Assembly (NCBI GenBank): GCA_963664015.2
Contig: CAXXLF010000001.1
Span: 832,001-896,000 of the forward strand
DNA length: 64,000 nt
Direction of reading: 5' to 3'
From: Candidatus Binatia bacterium
GTDB lineage: Bacteria; Desulfobacterota; Binatia; UBA9968; CAXXLF01
The translations under genes and the position numbers were made by a program. A model generated the notes under the pieces. The model was given only the letters and a program-made list of their open reading frames with translations. It searched no databases and was not told the origin of the DNA. Below are positions 1-10,851 of this stretch, piece by piece. How positions within the stretch are numbered: the first letter of the stretch is position 1; the number at the start of each line of letters is the position of its first letter.

Positions 1-54
1 GGCTGATTAGCACTACAAGTACCCAACCATACGGCTTTTTCCAACGATTCGTTC

Positions 55-1467
55 TCATTGAACCTTCCATAAGGTCCCTCCTGGAGTATCTTCGAGGGTA
101 ATCCCCTTGTCCTTCAACTCATTGCGAATCCGATCGGCCTCATCCCACCGCTTATTATTGCGGGCGGCATTTCGCTGGCGTATCAACTCTTCAATATTCT
201 GGGCAGAAATGCCATGACTCTGCAGCCAACGTTCGTTTTTCCTGTCACGAAAGGTGTCGGGCTCTCCTTGCAATATACCGAGAACCTCACCGACCTGTTT
301 CAATTGGGCCAGCCGGGTCGCCAGCCCCTTGGTCTCTCCCCGGTCCAGCAAGCGATTAAGCGAGTGGACCTCCTCGAACATCAACGCCAACGCCCGGGGG
401 GTATTGAAATCGTCGTCAATCTCCTTGCGGAACTCGTCCAAGAGCCCGGCCTTCACCGGCTCGGACCCATTGGATTCGGGCAGCTGGTTCATTCGATCCA
501 CAGTCTCATAGATTCGTTCCACGGCCTTTTCCGCTTCCTGCAACCCCTGGTACGAGAAGTCCAACGGGCTCCGGTAGTGGCTGGTCAGAATATAATGCCG
601 CAGAGCTCCGGCATCGAACTGTTCGAGGATTTCCTGAATGGTGTAGGTGTTGCCCAAAGACTTGGACATCTTCTCCTGATTGATATTGACGAAGCCGTTA
701 TGAATCCAATAGCGGGCAAAAGGTAGATCGCAGGCCCCTTCCGACTGGGCAATCTCATTCTCATGATGAGGGAAGACCAGATCCACTCCCCCACCGTGAA
801 TATCGAACGGTTGCCCAAGATACTTGACGCTCATGGCAGAGCACTCGATATGCCATCCGGGCCGCCCATGACCCCAAGGGCTCTTCCAGGAAGGCTCACC
901 TTCCTTACTCTTCTTCCATAGGGCGAAATCCATTGGGTGCTTCTTGCGTTCGTCCACATCAACTCGAACCCCCGCTTGCAACTCCTCAAGCTTCCGGCCA
1001 GACAGCTTACCGTAGGGAGCAAACCGGTCCCCGGAAAAAAAAACATCGCCATCCACCGGATAGGCTAGGCCCTTCGATTCAAGCCGGCTGATCAGATCGA
1101 TCATCTCGGGGACATTATCCGTAGCCTTCGGTTCGTGATCCGGCGGGATCAGTCCCATAGCGTCGCTATCACGATGAAATTCTTCAATATACCGCCCAGC
1201 GATGGTCTGTGGCGCTACTCCTTCTGTTTCGGCCCGATGAATAATCTTGTCGTCTATATCCGTGAAGTTACGCACAAAAGTGACCTGGTAGCCGAGGAAT
1301 TTAAGGTAGCGCAGGACGAGGTCAAAGGTTATTAATGCCCGTGCATGCCCCACATGGCACTGGTCGTATACCGTAACCCCGCAGACATACATCTTCACCT
1401 CCCCTTTGCTGAGGGGGGCAAATTCCTCCTTTTTGCGGGAAAGGGTGTTATAGATGGTCAGGGACAT
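55..1467 (-). CDS. cysS: cysteine--tRNA ligase
   Basis: MYVCGVTVYD, HVGH (HIGH-type), GRPGWHIECSAM, DIHGGGVDLVFPHHENEIAQ and KMSKS motifs. Confidence 0.98.
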   Translation of the reverse strand: MSLTIYNTLSRKKEEFAPLSKGEVKMYVCGVTVYDQCHVGHARALITFDLVLRYLKFLGYQVTFVRNFTDIDDKIIHRAETEGVAPQTIAGRYIEEFHRDSDAMGLIPPDHEPKATDNVPEMIDLISRLESKGLAYPVDGDVFFSGDRFAPYGKLSGRKLEELQAGVRVDVDERKKHPMDFALWKKSKEGEPSWKSPWGHGRPGWHIECSAMSVKYLGQPFDIHGGGVDLVFPHHENEIAQSEGACDLPFARYWIHNGFVNINQEKMSKSLGNTYTIQEILEQFDAGALRHYILTSHYRSPLDFSYQGLQEAEKAVERIYETVDRMNQLPESNGSEPVKAGLLDEFRKEIDDDFNTPRALALMFEEVHSLNRLLDRGETKGLATRLAQLKQVGEVLGILQGEPDTFRDRKNERWLQSHGISAQNIEELIRQRNAARNNKRWDEADRIRNELKDKGITLEDTPGGTLWKVQ

Positions 1468-1572
1468 GTATTATTGTTCCCTTATATTACGTATAACTCC
1501 CTAATTTATCAAGTGTGATCATGCATCCCGACCCGTGACCGGTTGCGCAAGGAGCCAAAAAGGCTTACAGAG

Positions 1573-3231
1573 ATGCCCATGAATCACCAAAAACCTCATC
1601 ACGACCTAAGGGAATTGATTCAGGTACTCGAGGAAAACGGCAAGCTCTTCCGGATCCAGAAGGAAATAAACAAGGACACTGAGCTGCAACCTCTAGTTCG
1701 CTGGCAATTTAGAGGCTTGGGGGAAGCGGATCGCAAAGCCTTCCTATTCGAGAAAGTCACGGATTCTAAAGGGAAACATTATCAGGGCTCGGTTCTCGTC
1801 GGTGGACTTGCCGGCTCGGCTGCCATTTACTGTCTGGGGTTGGGATGCCAGCCTGAAGAGGTTCCCGATCGGTGGCTGCATGCCATGGAGCACTGCATAG
1901 AGCCCGAAATTGTAAGCCGCGGCCCTGTCATGGAAGAGATTCATAAAGGTGCAGATCTTCTTTCCCACGGTGGCCTAAGTGAATTTCCCATACCCATCTC
2001 CACCCCAGGCTTCGATAATGGTCCGTACATCACGGCAGGCCACTGGATCACCAAGGACCCGGTAACGAAACAGAGAAACATGGGCAACTACCGCGGCCTG
2101 ATCAAAGGACCCGCCCTGGCGGGACTTTGGGCAGGTACTCCTCAGGACATCTCGCGCCACTGGGAGGAGTGCAGAAAAAGGGGGATCCCGCTTGAAGTAG
2201 CCGTGGCGGTGGGGACCGTCCCAGTTATCTCCTACACGGCCACACAGAAGGTTCCACCGGACATGGATGAATTGGCCTTAGCGGGAGGGCTGGCCGGTGA
2301 ACCCATCCAGATGGTTCGCTGCCAAACCGTGGACCTGGAAGTCCCGGCGACCGCGGAAGTCGTCATTGAGGGAAGGATTCCCACTCGCTATCTGGAGGAG
2401 GAGGGTCCCTTCGGGGAGTCCATGGGCTATGTCGATCCGCGTACCTTAAGCCCATTTCTTGAAGTCACGTGCGTGATGCACAGAAAAAATCCCGTCTGGG
2501 TATCCATCATAAGCCAGGTGACCCCCAGTGAGAGTTCCAAAATCAAGGCTATGGGGATGGCGACGTTGATCCACCGATATCTGTTACAAAAAGGCTTCAG
2601 TAGCGTGCTCGAGGTCTCCTTGATGGAGCCGCTGGTGAACCTACGCCCATACGTCGTTCTCAGGATGGAGAAGAGAGACGACAAGGATCCCTCGGCGGCC
2701 ATGGACGCACTGCTCGGTTACGGTGACAGGGTTGGAAAGTTCGTCATCGCCGTAGATGACGACATCAATCCCCATGATCCCGTGGCCGTAACCTGGGCCA
2801 TCACGCACAGGTCTCAGCCCCACAAGGACGTGCGCATCGTGGGCGATCGACCCTTCGGCGCAACTCCCATTGGGATGCTGGTAAGCCACCCGACCAGCCG
2901 CTATGACAAGATGGAGTCATCCCTGTTGATCGACGCGACCCGAAAAGCTGACTTCCCCCCGCTCTCTCTTCCCAAAAAGGAGTATATGGAACGAGCCAGG
3001 GTGATCTGGGAGGAACTGGGACTACCCAAGCTGGAGGTTCAGGAACCCTGGTACGGTTATCTCATGGGCCTTTGGCCCGAAGAACTCGATACGGAGGCCC
3101 AACTGGCGGCACAAGGGGAAGTTGAAAAGATTGGAGAGAAACTGAGGGCGACCCGGTTGGAAGTGGGTGAAGGAGAGTCGCTCGGTTCCATGCGTGATAA
3201 GTGGGCGCGCACTCACTCGGGCAGGTCCTAG
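1573..3231 (+). CDS. UbiD-family prFMN-dependent (de)carboxylase
   Basis: DLRELIQVLE N-terminus, NMGNYR, VPATAEVVIEG, EGPFGES, VIAVDDDINP, IDATRK; start uncertain (1543/1573/1579). Confidence 0.9.
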   Translation: MPMNHQKPHHDLRELIQVLEENGKLFRIQKEINKDTELQPLVRWQFRGLGEADRKAFLFEKVTDSKGKHYQGSVLVGGLAGSAAIYCLGLGCQPEEVPDRWLHAMEHCIEPEIVSRGPVMEEIHKGADLLSHGGLSEFPIPISTPGFDNGPYITAGHWITKDPVTKQRNMGNYRGLIKGPALAGLWAGTPQDISRHWEECRKRGIPLEVAVAVGTVPVISYTATQKVPPDMDELALAGGLAGEPIQMVRCQTVDLEVPATAEVVIEGRIPTRYLEEEGPFGESMGYVDPRTLSPFLEVTCVMHRKNPVWVSIISQVTPSESSKIKAMGMATLIHRYLLQKGFSSVLEVSLMEPLVNLRPYVVLRMEKRDDKDPSAAMDALLGYGDRVGKFVIAVDDDINPHDPVAVTWAITHRSQPHKDVRIVGDRPFGATPIGMLVSHPTSRYDKMESSLLIDATRKADFPPLSLPKKEYMERARVIWEELGLPKLEVQEPWYGYLMGLWPEELDTEAQLAAQGEVEKIGEKLRATRLEVGEGESLGSMRDKWARTHSGRS

Positions 3232-3275
3232 CATCGCTCCCCATCGCCGGTGAATCAACCAGTTCAAATTGCCCC

Positions 3276-4199
3276 ATGATCGTTGAAGCCAGTTCCGTCT
3301 CCAAGAGCTTCGGTCAACGATTGGCCGTGGATCGGATCAGCCTCCAAATCCCTCCGGGTGTCTGCTATGGCCTGCTGGGTCCCAATGGGGCGGGAAAAAC
3401 GACCACCCTTCGGATGATCTACGGTGTTACGCGCCCTACCACCGGAAGGATCCTGGTCTTCGGGATCGACATTGCCTCCGATCCACGGGCCGTCAAGGCC
3501 CGCATCGGTGTAACTTTACAACAAAACATTTTCATCGAGGTCCTTTCACCAGTAGAAAACCTGCGCGTGTTCGGCCGCCACCACCTTCTAAGTGAGTCAG
3601 AGATTTCGCGCCGGGTGGAAGAGCTTCTCGACTTCCTTGAGCTAAGTAGCCATGCCCATTTACCGGCCCGGTTCCTGTCCGGCGGCCTGCAGCGAAGGCT
3701 CGCCATTGCCCTCTCCCTCATCAACCGACCTGAACTTCTAATCCTCGATGAACCGACGACAGGTTTGGACCTGGCCGTACGCCTCGCCCTGTGGTCTCGA
3801 ATCCGCGACCTGCAGGCCAAGGGAACGACCGTGCTTTTAACCACCCCCTATATGGACGAAGCCCAGAGGCTCTGCGACCGCGTGGCCATCATCTCCAATG
3901 GCCGGGTCGTCGATGAAGGCAAGCCCGCGGATCTGATCTTGAGCCATCTGGCCCGTGAGGCGGTCGAACTTGACTGCACGCCCGAGGACGAAGCATCTTT
4001 CCTTGACGGCAGTGGTTCGGCCAGGACAAGCATGCGATCCGGTCGGCGTATCACGACCTACGTAGATGATGCTGCCCCTCTGGTCGACCAAATCCGCGCC
4101 CGAGACCCCGAAGATCGGCGCGCCCTCGTGGTACGACCGACCAATCTCGAAGACGCATTCTTGGCCGTGACGGGGAACACACTGGAGGGTTCATCGTGA
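3276..4199 (+). CDS. NodI/DrrA-like ABC-2 transporter ATP-binding subunit, probably defective
   Basis: GPNGAGKTT, LSGGLQRR, ILDEPTTGLD; H-loop reads TTPY instead of TTHY. Confidence 0.85.
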   Translation: MIVEASSVSKSFGQRLAVDRISLQIPPGVCYGLLGPNGAGKTTTLRMIYGVTRPTTGRILVFGIDIASDPRAVKARIGVTLQQNIFIEVLSPVENLRVFGRHHLLSESEISRRVEELLDFLELSSHAHLPARFLSGGLQRRLAIALSLINRPELLILDEPTTGLDLAVRLALWSRIRDLQAKGTTVLLTTPYMDEAQRLCDRVAIISNGRVVDEGKPADLILSHLAREAVELDCTPEDEASFLDGSGSARTSMRSGRRITTYVDDAAPLVDQIRARDPEDRRALVVRPTNLEDAFLAVTGNTLEGSS

Positions 4200-4963
4200 G
4201 CCTATCGGTTCCCCACGCGCTATCCGTTTGGAGACGCAATGCCGCCATGTACCGTCACACATAAAAATGGAACCTCTTCCCCAACTTCTTTGAGCCTGTG
4301 CTCTACCTGGTCTAAATAGGCATTGGCGTCGGCGCGTATATTAACCAGATGGGTGGGACCTCATACGTCGCCTTTCTCGTTCCGGGCCTGATTTGCGTAG
4401 CAGCAATGAACGGGGCGAGTTTTGAAGTGACCTACAACATCTTTGTACGACTCAATTACGAAAAGGCCTACGATGCCATGCTCACAACCCCCGTCGAGCC
4501 CGATGACGTCTTGTGCGGCGAGGTTCTGTGGGCCGTCACGCGTTCGTCCATCTACGGTGGGTGCTTTTTCATCGTCCCGACCCTAGCAGGACAGGCACCC
4601 CTTCCCACCGCCCTGCTGGTCCTGCCACTGATTCCTCTGGCTGGTTTGCTGTTCGCTGCTATCGGCCTCGCCTTCTCGGTCAGGATACCCAATATTGACC
4701 TATTCAGTTTCTACTTTACCCTGTTCCTGACTCCACTCTTTCTATTCTCGGACGTCTTCTTCCCCATCAATGAGCGTCTGTCAGGTGGCTGGCTCTGGGC
4801 GGCCGAGATTCTGCCGCTCCTCCATCCCGTGCGGCTAGTCCGCTTCATCTTTCGTGGTGATCCCTACTCCGTTGCCTTATGGGACCTAGCCTACACACTC
4901 GGGATGTCGGCACTGCCCATTATCTGGGCCCGCCGCGGTTTACACCGGAGGTTAAAGAACTAA
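4196..4963 (+). pseudogene. NodJ-like ABC-2 permease with two in-frame TAA stops
   Basis: GTG at 4196 overlaps the upstream stop (GTGA); reads [34 protein letters not shown] in frame with ORF 4349..4963. Confidence 0.85.
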
Positions 4964-5037
4964 CGAGACCGAAATTCAGCCTGAACGCATCACGTAGGAA
5001 TTTACATCATCGCAGTTATATGGGAGGTTCAACACCT

Positions 5038-6426
5038 ATGGGATTAACACACGAAGTCGCTGCCTTTGTTCAAGAGAGCCAGTACAAGTCCATACCCGAG
5101 CCGGTAATCCAAATCGCCAAAGGATTTATCCTCGATGGTCTGGCGGTGATCCTGGCAGGTACCACCGAAAAAAGCGCCAAGATCCTTCATCGCCAGGTCG
5201 GCAGCATGGAAGGGAAAGCCGAGTGCACTATCCTCGGCACCGGGCGTAAGGCACCTGCACCCAAAGCAGCCTTGCTCAACGGCGTCGCTGGGCACGCGAT
5301 GGATTACGACGACACTCAGCTCTCTACTTCCAAGGAGGGAGTCTACGGCCTGCTGACTCACCCCACTGTACCGGTTCTGGCCGCTGCCCTGGCAACAGGC
5401 GAGCAGCTGAAGGTTCCCGGTAAGGGACTCCTCCTGTCCTATATTGTCGGTGTCGAGGTCGAGTGCCGGATTGCCGATGCCATCTCACCACGCCACTATC
5501 AGTCGGGATTTCACTCGACCGCAACAATAGGAGGACTCGGCGCCGCCATGTCCGTGGGAAAATTGCTCAAACTCAAAGTGGAGCCACTGGAGCGCACCCT
5601 GGGGATAGCTGGCAGTATGGCGTCCGGGTTGAGGGAAAACTTCGGCACCATGACAAAGCCCCTTCACGCCGGGCGATCCGCTGAGAACGGCGTCACGGCC
5701 GCTAACCTGGCCAAATTGGGATTTACCGCAGCGCCTAATATCCTCGAAGCCAAGCGGGGCTTCTTCAACGCCATGGCCGGGGGATTTGATGAGACAAAGA
5801 TCGCAGGCCGCCTCGGACAACCCTATTTTATGCAAGAGCCCGGGATATCCATCAAACCGTATCCATCAGGATCGCTGTCCCATCCAGCCCAGGATCTCAT
5901 CCTGGACATGGTCAATGAACATGGGATCAACGCCAGCGACATTGAAGCTATCGACGTTGGAACCAATTCGAACGTTCCCAATGCGCTGATCTACCCCATG
6001 CCGACAACCGCCCTGCAAGGTAAATTCAGCATCCCTTTTTGCATGGCGATCGGGGTCCTCGAGAGAAAGGCAGGCATTGCTCAGTTCCGCGACAGTAAAA
6101 CCCGGCAACCGAAGGTTGTCGACATGATGAAGCGCGTCACCCTCTACGTGGACGAGGAGATGGAAGCCCTGGGCTACGATCAGGTCCGCTGTCGTATTCG
6201 CATCAAACTCAAGGACGGAAGAACCGTAGAAGGAAGGGCCGATGTCGCCAAGGGACACCCCTTGAAGCCCATGAGTTGGGAAGAGTTGAGTGAAAAATTC
6301 CGTGACTGTGGGAGCCTGGTCCTTCCCCGCCAAAAGGTCGATCAAGCCATCGATCTCGTTGGACAACTGGAACACGAGCGGAACATCTTGCCATTAATCC
6401 GCCTTTTGGCAGGAGGGAAGAGATAA
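5038..6426 (+). CDS. MmgE/PrpD family protein
   Basis: AALLNGVAGHAMDYDD, HP, GFHSTAT, GTMTKPLHAG, IKPYPS, KFSIPF; GGAGG RBS before ATG 5038. Confidence 0.92.
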   Translation: MGLTHEVAAFVQESQYKSIPEPVIQIAKGFILDGLAVILAGTTEKSAKILHRQVGSMEGKAECTILGTGRKAPAPKAALLNGVAGHAMDYDDTQLSTSKEGVYGLLTHPTVPVLAAALATGEQLKVPGKGLLLSYIVGVEVECRIADAISPRHYQSGFHSTATIGGLGAAMSVGKLLKLKVEPLERTLGIAGSMASGLRENFGTMTKPLHAGRSAENGVTAANLAKLGFTAAPNILEAKRGFFNAMAGGFDETKIAGRLGQPYFMQEPGISIKPYPSGSLSHPAQDLILDMVNEHGINASDIEAIDVGTNSNVPNALIYPMPTTALQGKFSIPFCMAIGVLERKAGIAQFRDSKTRQPKVVDMMKRVTLYVDEEMEALGYDQVRCRIRIKLKDGRTVEGRADVAKGHPLKPMSWEELSEKFRDCGSLVLPRQKVDQAIDLVGQLEHERNILPLIRLLAGGKR

Positions 6427-6512
6427 CGTCCTGCTGTTGATCCGCCGCTGCGAAATCGGCCGCTAATCGACAGGGTGATGGGTGCGGAATTGAGAGTTAC
6501 CAGATCTTGTGA

Positions 6513-7135
6513 TCAGTCCGCAACAAAGCAATAGAGAAGCCCCGTGCCACCTGAGCCCTTCAGGTTCGCTGCGCTGCAGCCGCGCGAGTTATGCGAGGAA
6601 TTCCATGATTTCAACGACGCATCGCTACCACGACCCATACGATCGTGATGGCCGACTTTGGCGCTCCCCTCTCCGTTCTTGGTCCAGTTGCCGCAAGTCA
6701 TATCCTTGCCCGGCGGATAGGCCCGTCCGTCCGCAGTCGAGCCCGTCAGAATATAATGCTGGTTGACGACGAAATGACGGCCCGGAATACGCCGGCCGTT
6801 CTCGGAGCGACCGATCTCCACATTGATATTGTTTTTGTCGGAATGCAGCTCCTCTACATTAGCAGCAACCTGCACTCCCTCCATATTCACCCACGGACCC
6901 TTCCACATACGATCCCGTGCGTTGATTACCGGTTTGCCGCCAATGCCTGGCAGTGTTTATCAGCGCCTTCGATACCGCCAAAATTGGCACCATCAGGACC
7001 GCTCTTATTTGTGATAAAAAACGTCATTTCCGGAAATTGCGGTGGTCGTCTTCTCTGCGCCTCCGCTGAGCTACTCCATAGGAACGGTACTATTATCGCG
7101 GCAAATAAAATTGTGTAGGTTTTATTGAAAATCAT
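6513..7135 (-). pseudogene. secreted Cys-containing lectin-like protein, split by an internal deletion/frameshift near 6930
   Basis: signal peptide + MTFFIT...GANFGGIEGADKHCQALA in one frame; INARDR..KGPWVN...CGNWT...GHHDR...SWNSSHNSRGCS...GLLYCF in another. Confidence 0.7.
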
Positions 7136-7332
7136 TTGTCTCCTTTGGATTGAATTTCGACCATCGGATGGCCCGGTGAGCGGTCCGAGAGCTAGGGTAC
7201 TGATAAGTAAACACCTAGAAGGGAGATCCTATTCCACCTCATGATGCAGTTCAACAGGGACTTTTCGTCAAATGCTTTTCCCCTCCCTAATAGGCCATCA
7301 AAACAGTCATTAGAGCAGGGCTATTCGCTGCG

Positions 7333-8223
7333 TCAACTGGCCTTCTCAACCCTGAGATTCATGATTCCGATGCCTTCAATCTCGAATTTGAGAGCATCAC
7401 CGGGCTTGAGCTCCTGCTGAAAATCCGGCGCGTCCGGGTTACCCGTCGAAATGAGGTCGCCAGGATACAGGGTCCCCACCTGGGAAAGAAAACTAACGAG
7501 TTCGGTGACTCCATTGATCATGGCATCGGTTTTCGCCGACTGCCGGATTTCACCGTTGACCCACAGACTCATGGAAAGGTCCTGTGGATTTGGAATCTCG
7601 TCCTTGGTGGTGATCCAGGGACCCACAGGACAAAAGGTATTGAACCCCTTGCGCACACATCGGCTCCCGATTAGGTTTTTTCCCGAACCGTAACCACGGG
7701 CGGTCACATCCAGGATGATGGTATAACCGAAGACGGCCTCAAGGGCGCGCTCCCTTGGTAGATCATGTGCCTCTTTTCCTATGACAACTCCGAGCTCGAG
7801 TTCCGGAAAGATCGACTCTGCGTTCTTTGGAATGATGATGGCCTGCTCGGGGCCGATCACTGATGAAGTCGGCTTGAGAAATATGGACTCGAGAAGATGT
7901 TCGGGAGGAACGTTTTCTGCAGCACCTCGCCCCTTGGACTCTCCGATGTCCGAGCTGCCCCGTTTATAATTACCAGCTGCGGCCCAGACCTTCGAAGGCT
8001 TTTCCACAGGAGTTTTAAGCTGTTTAGGATCGGGTTTTAAAATCTTGCCTTCTTTTAACGCTTTGGCAATAACCCCCTGAGCACGGTCAAAGTTCGTCAT
8101 CAGGTCGATCATGGACGCCCCCTTGGGCAGGACCCCCTCCCGGGACAGCGCCTCTCCTATGAGGACATACGCGTCGTCCTTAATAACGGCTAATTCATCT
8201 GGTTTTATTGAGGCAAATTTCAT
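7333..8223 (-). CDS. fumarylacetoacetate hydrolase family protein
   Basis: FLKPTSSVIGP, ELELGVVIGK, DVTAR, KGFNTFCPVGP, LYPGDLISTG. Confidence 0.92.
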   Translation of the reverse strand: MKFASIKPDELAVIKDDAYVLIGEALSREGVLPKGASMIDLMTNFDRAQGVIAKALKEGKILKPDPKQLKTPVEKPSKVWAAAGNYKRGSSDIGESKGRGAAENVPPEHLLESIFLKPTSSVIGPEQAIIIPKNAESIFPELELGVVIGKEAHDLPRERALEAVFGYTIILDVTARGYGSGKNLIGSRCVRKGFNTFCPVGPWITTKDEIPNPQDLSMSLWVNGEIRQSAKTDAMINGVTELVSFLSQVGTLYPGDLISTGNPDAPDFQQELKPGDALKFEIEGIGIMNLRVEKAS

Positions 8224-8299
8224 CTTTTACTCCTTTTTATTATTGTCTTGACTGATAGAATCTTAACGATAAAATTCCAAAAAAGAAAACGACTCCCGC

Positions 8300-8620
8300 T
8301 AAGCCGCAAAGCACGCCAAGCTCGGAAAGAGTTATTAACCGCAGATATTCGCCGATGGACACAGAATGAAATCACTTTAATAGTATTACCGCAGAGGGCC
8401 CAGAGAATGGCCTTTTTTGTTTGTCGGGAGACGAGGACAAACAAAAAGTTGCTCAAATTAGAGCTGTGAATTTTTAGCCAATCGTCGTCTCCCGATTGGG
8501 TAAAAGGGATTCCCTTTGCGTACTCTGCCCTTCCGCCCATCGACAGGCTCAGGGTGGCGAGTTATCTCGAACCACAAGCTCAGGGTCCCGAGCCCACTCG
8601 AGGGACGACTCTGCGGTGAG
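8300..8620. repeat. cluster of REP-like short palindromic elements
   Basis: ACCGCAGA twice with inverted TCTGCGGT at ~8609; GGGAGACGA..TCGTCTCCC inverted pair; two GCTCAGGGT..CGAG..CTCGA units at ~8540-8605. Confidence 0.5.
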
Positions 8621-8706
8621 ATGTCCGAATCCTTATCTACGATAATCGGCGAAAATCTACGGTTAAGTTATTAAAGATTTGATGAGTAGGATCCTAAGGG
8701 GAAAAG

Positions 8707-9204
8707 ATACCGAATAAACCAAAACCAATCGAAGTGACTGTCGATTCCAAGACAACGGCTCTGCTCGTCTTGGATCTGAACGCCCGATGCGAAGACCCGA
8801 AGCAGGTATGCCATAAGCTGGTGGAACCGGTGGCAAAACTCCTTGTCCGAGTACGAAATGCGGGGATGCCAATCTTCTATACGGTCTCCCGGAGCCACAA
8901 GGGAACCCCGGAAAAAAGGATACCCAAGGCCTTCGATAAGTTTTACGGAGGAGAATTGGAGCGGATGCTCAAAGATCGTGGCATCAAAACCGTTATCGTT
9001 ACCGGCACCTCAAGCAACCAGGAGGTCCTCTATACGGCAACCTCAGCCGTCAGACCTCTAGGCTACAACGCTATCATTCCCCTGGACGGGCTCATCGCCC
9101 ACGGCGAGTATGAGCACGAGTATACTCTGCACCAATTCACGGTCCTTTCCGGGGTAGCCGACAAGTTTACCTTTACAGAGCTCGACCGGATTACTTTTAA
9201 TTAG
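8707..9204 (+). pseudogene. isochorismatase/cysteine-hydrolase family protein, probably degenerate
   Basis: TALLVLD, FDKF, GIKTVIVTG motifs; in-frame ATA at 8707 after AAGGGG where an ATG is expected; segment before FDKF looks short. Confidence 0.6.
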
Positions 9205-9258
9205 TGAATTGCGGTCCGACCCAACAGCGCAACAGCGTCAGCGCACCCCAATAAACAC

Positions 9259-10224
9259 TCAAATTTTATAGCCATGCTCCCCGTACCACTGGGCCGCCCC
9301 GGGGTGCAGTGGCACGTCAAGCGGCGTCGCCTCCGTGTCCTGTCCCAACTGTCCAATCCCCGTATAGGCCCCTGCTTCCCAGGGAATCTCAGAGTTCCGG
9401 GCATCCAACGCGGCGCAGACCTTGTATACCACTTCGTCGGGAATGGAGGCACGGGTGTAGAGCGGCCAGCCGCCAAAGTCGATGCAAAGATGATCGGACG
9501 TGAGGTTCGGATACCGTCCGGCGGGAATCAGCGCCCGGCGCCATCCTAGCGCTTCCAGCTGTTGCAGGACGGCTTCCTCGATCTGGACGGGCTCCAGGCC
9601 GGCCGCCAAAGCTATTGGGACCCAGGTCCGCAGCCCCTCGTCGAAAACGGCGTCGATGGTTCCCTGTTCCAATGCGTTGAGGCGCCGCTTATCCCCCGGA
9701 CCGCCGACCAGGAACAGGCTGCCACCCCAGGACTTGATATCAGCTAGGCTAAAACCATAAGCGGCCAGTATCTGGTCCACCAGGATCCGGGTCGAATGGG
9801 CAGGGTCTTCACGGATACAGAGGCGAAGCGGAAAACGCTGCTCCTTGATCTGCGCGATAGACGACAGGCCGGTGCGCGGGTGTATTAGGCAGGCAAATCG
9901 ATCCCAGGACGGGTAGCATGCCACCACCTGTACGGGTAACGGATCGGAGAACACACCGGCCCCCCGATAGGCCTGGGTCAACATGCCCGAAGGGTTGACC
10001 ATGGCCATGTCCAGGTCCCCACGCACCACAGCCCCGGCGAGTAAGGCGGATCCCGTGGACATCTTCAGGTACGGGCGAAAACGGTCTCCGGACCCGGAAC
10101 CGACGGTGATGCACGTATCGCGATTACCCATATAGGGTTCGTTGGGATCCCCGGCAATATGAAGCCCGATTTCCCAGAGCATTTTGGCACGCTTGAAGTT
10201 GGCGCCCGATGGCAAAGATTCCAT
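9259..10224 (-). CDS. TAXI-type TRAP transporter solute-binding protein-like
   Basis: STGS, GLSSIAQIK, IPAGRYP, DEVVYKVCAAL and the C-terminal VPLHPGAAQWY signature. Confidence 0.75.
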   Translation of the reverse strand: MESLPSGANFKRAKMLWEIGLHIAGDPNEPYMGNRDTCITVGSGSGDRFRPYLKMSTGSALLAGAVVRGDLDMAMVNPSGMLTQAYRGAGVFSDPLPVQVVACYPSWDRFACLIHPRTGLSSIAQIKEQRFPLRLCIREDPAHSTRILVDQILAAYGFSLADIKSWGGSLFLVGGPGDKRRLNALEQGTIDAVFDEGLRTWVPIALAAGLEPVQIEEAVLQQLEALGWRRALIPAGRYPNLTSDHLCIDFGGWPLYTRASIPDEVVYKVCAALDARNSEIPWEAGAYTGIGQLGQDTEATPLDVPLHPGAAQWYGEHGYKI

Positions 10225-10377
10225 AGTCGACCTCCTGAAGAAGAATGGTTAAACCGGTGAAGTCTACGTTCAGTCTCGGCCAGATGTCAACGCCACTGGG
10301 GCGGGGGGCCAGCAGGTTGCGGCCTGCCCTGCAGCTTTGCTACTTGTAGAGGGCTTGGGTCATCAAGTGGCGATTCC

Positions 10378-10851
10378 ATGAAACGCGAAGTGCAAGTCAC
10401 AATCAACGGCCGCAATTATCACGAGGAGGTCGAACCCCGTCAGCTCCTCTCCCACTTTCTGCGTGAAACCATTGGATTAACAGGCACCCATATCGGTTGC
10501 GTGGTTGGAGAATGCGGCGCCTGTACTGTTATTGTGAACGGCAAACTCGTAAAGTCATGTCTCCTCATAGCGGTACAGATGGAGGGGAAGGAGATCTTGA
10601 CCGTGGAAGGCATGGCCAACAACGGCGAGCTCCATGCCATCCAGGAGGCCTTCGTCCAAAAATATGGTTTCCAATGCGGCTACTGCACGCCAGGTATGAT
10701 TTTAGCGGCTCACTACTTGTTATCCCACACTCCTGAGCCCACCGATGATGAAATCCGCGAGGGACTCTCGGGAAACCTCTGTATGTGCACCGGTTACATG
10801 CAAATTGTGGAGGCAGTGAAAGAAGCTTCCAGGAGCCTCAAAAATGGCTAA
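10378..10851 (+). CDS. xanthine dehydrogenase/CoxS-family 2x[2Fe-2S] small subunit
   Basis: GCVVGECGACTV, QCGYCTPG, GNLCMCTGY. Confidence 0.95.
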   Translation: MKREVQVTINGRNYHEEVEPRQLLSHFLRETIGLTGTHIGCVVGECGACTVIVNGKLVKSCLLIAVQMEGKEILTVEGMANNGELHAIQEAFVQKYGFQCGYCTPGMILAAHYLLSHTPEPTDDEIREGLSGNLCMCTGYMQIVEAVKEASRSLKNG

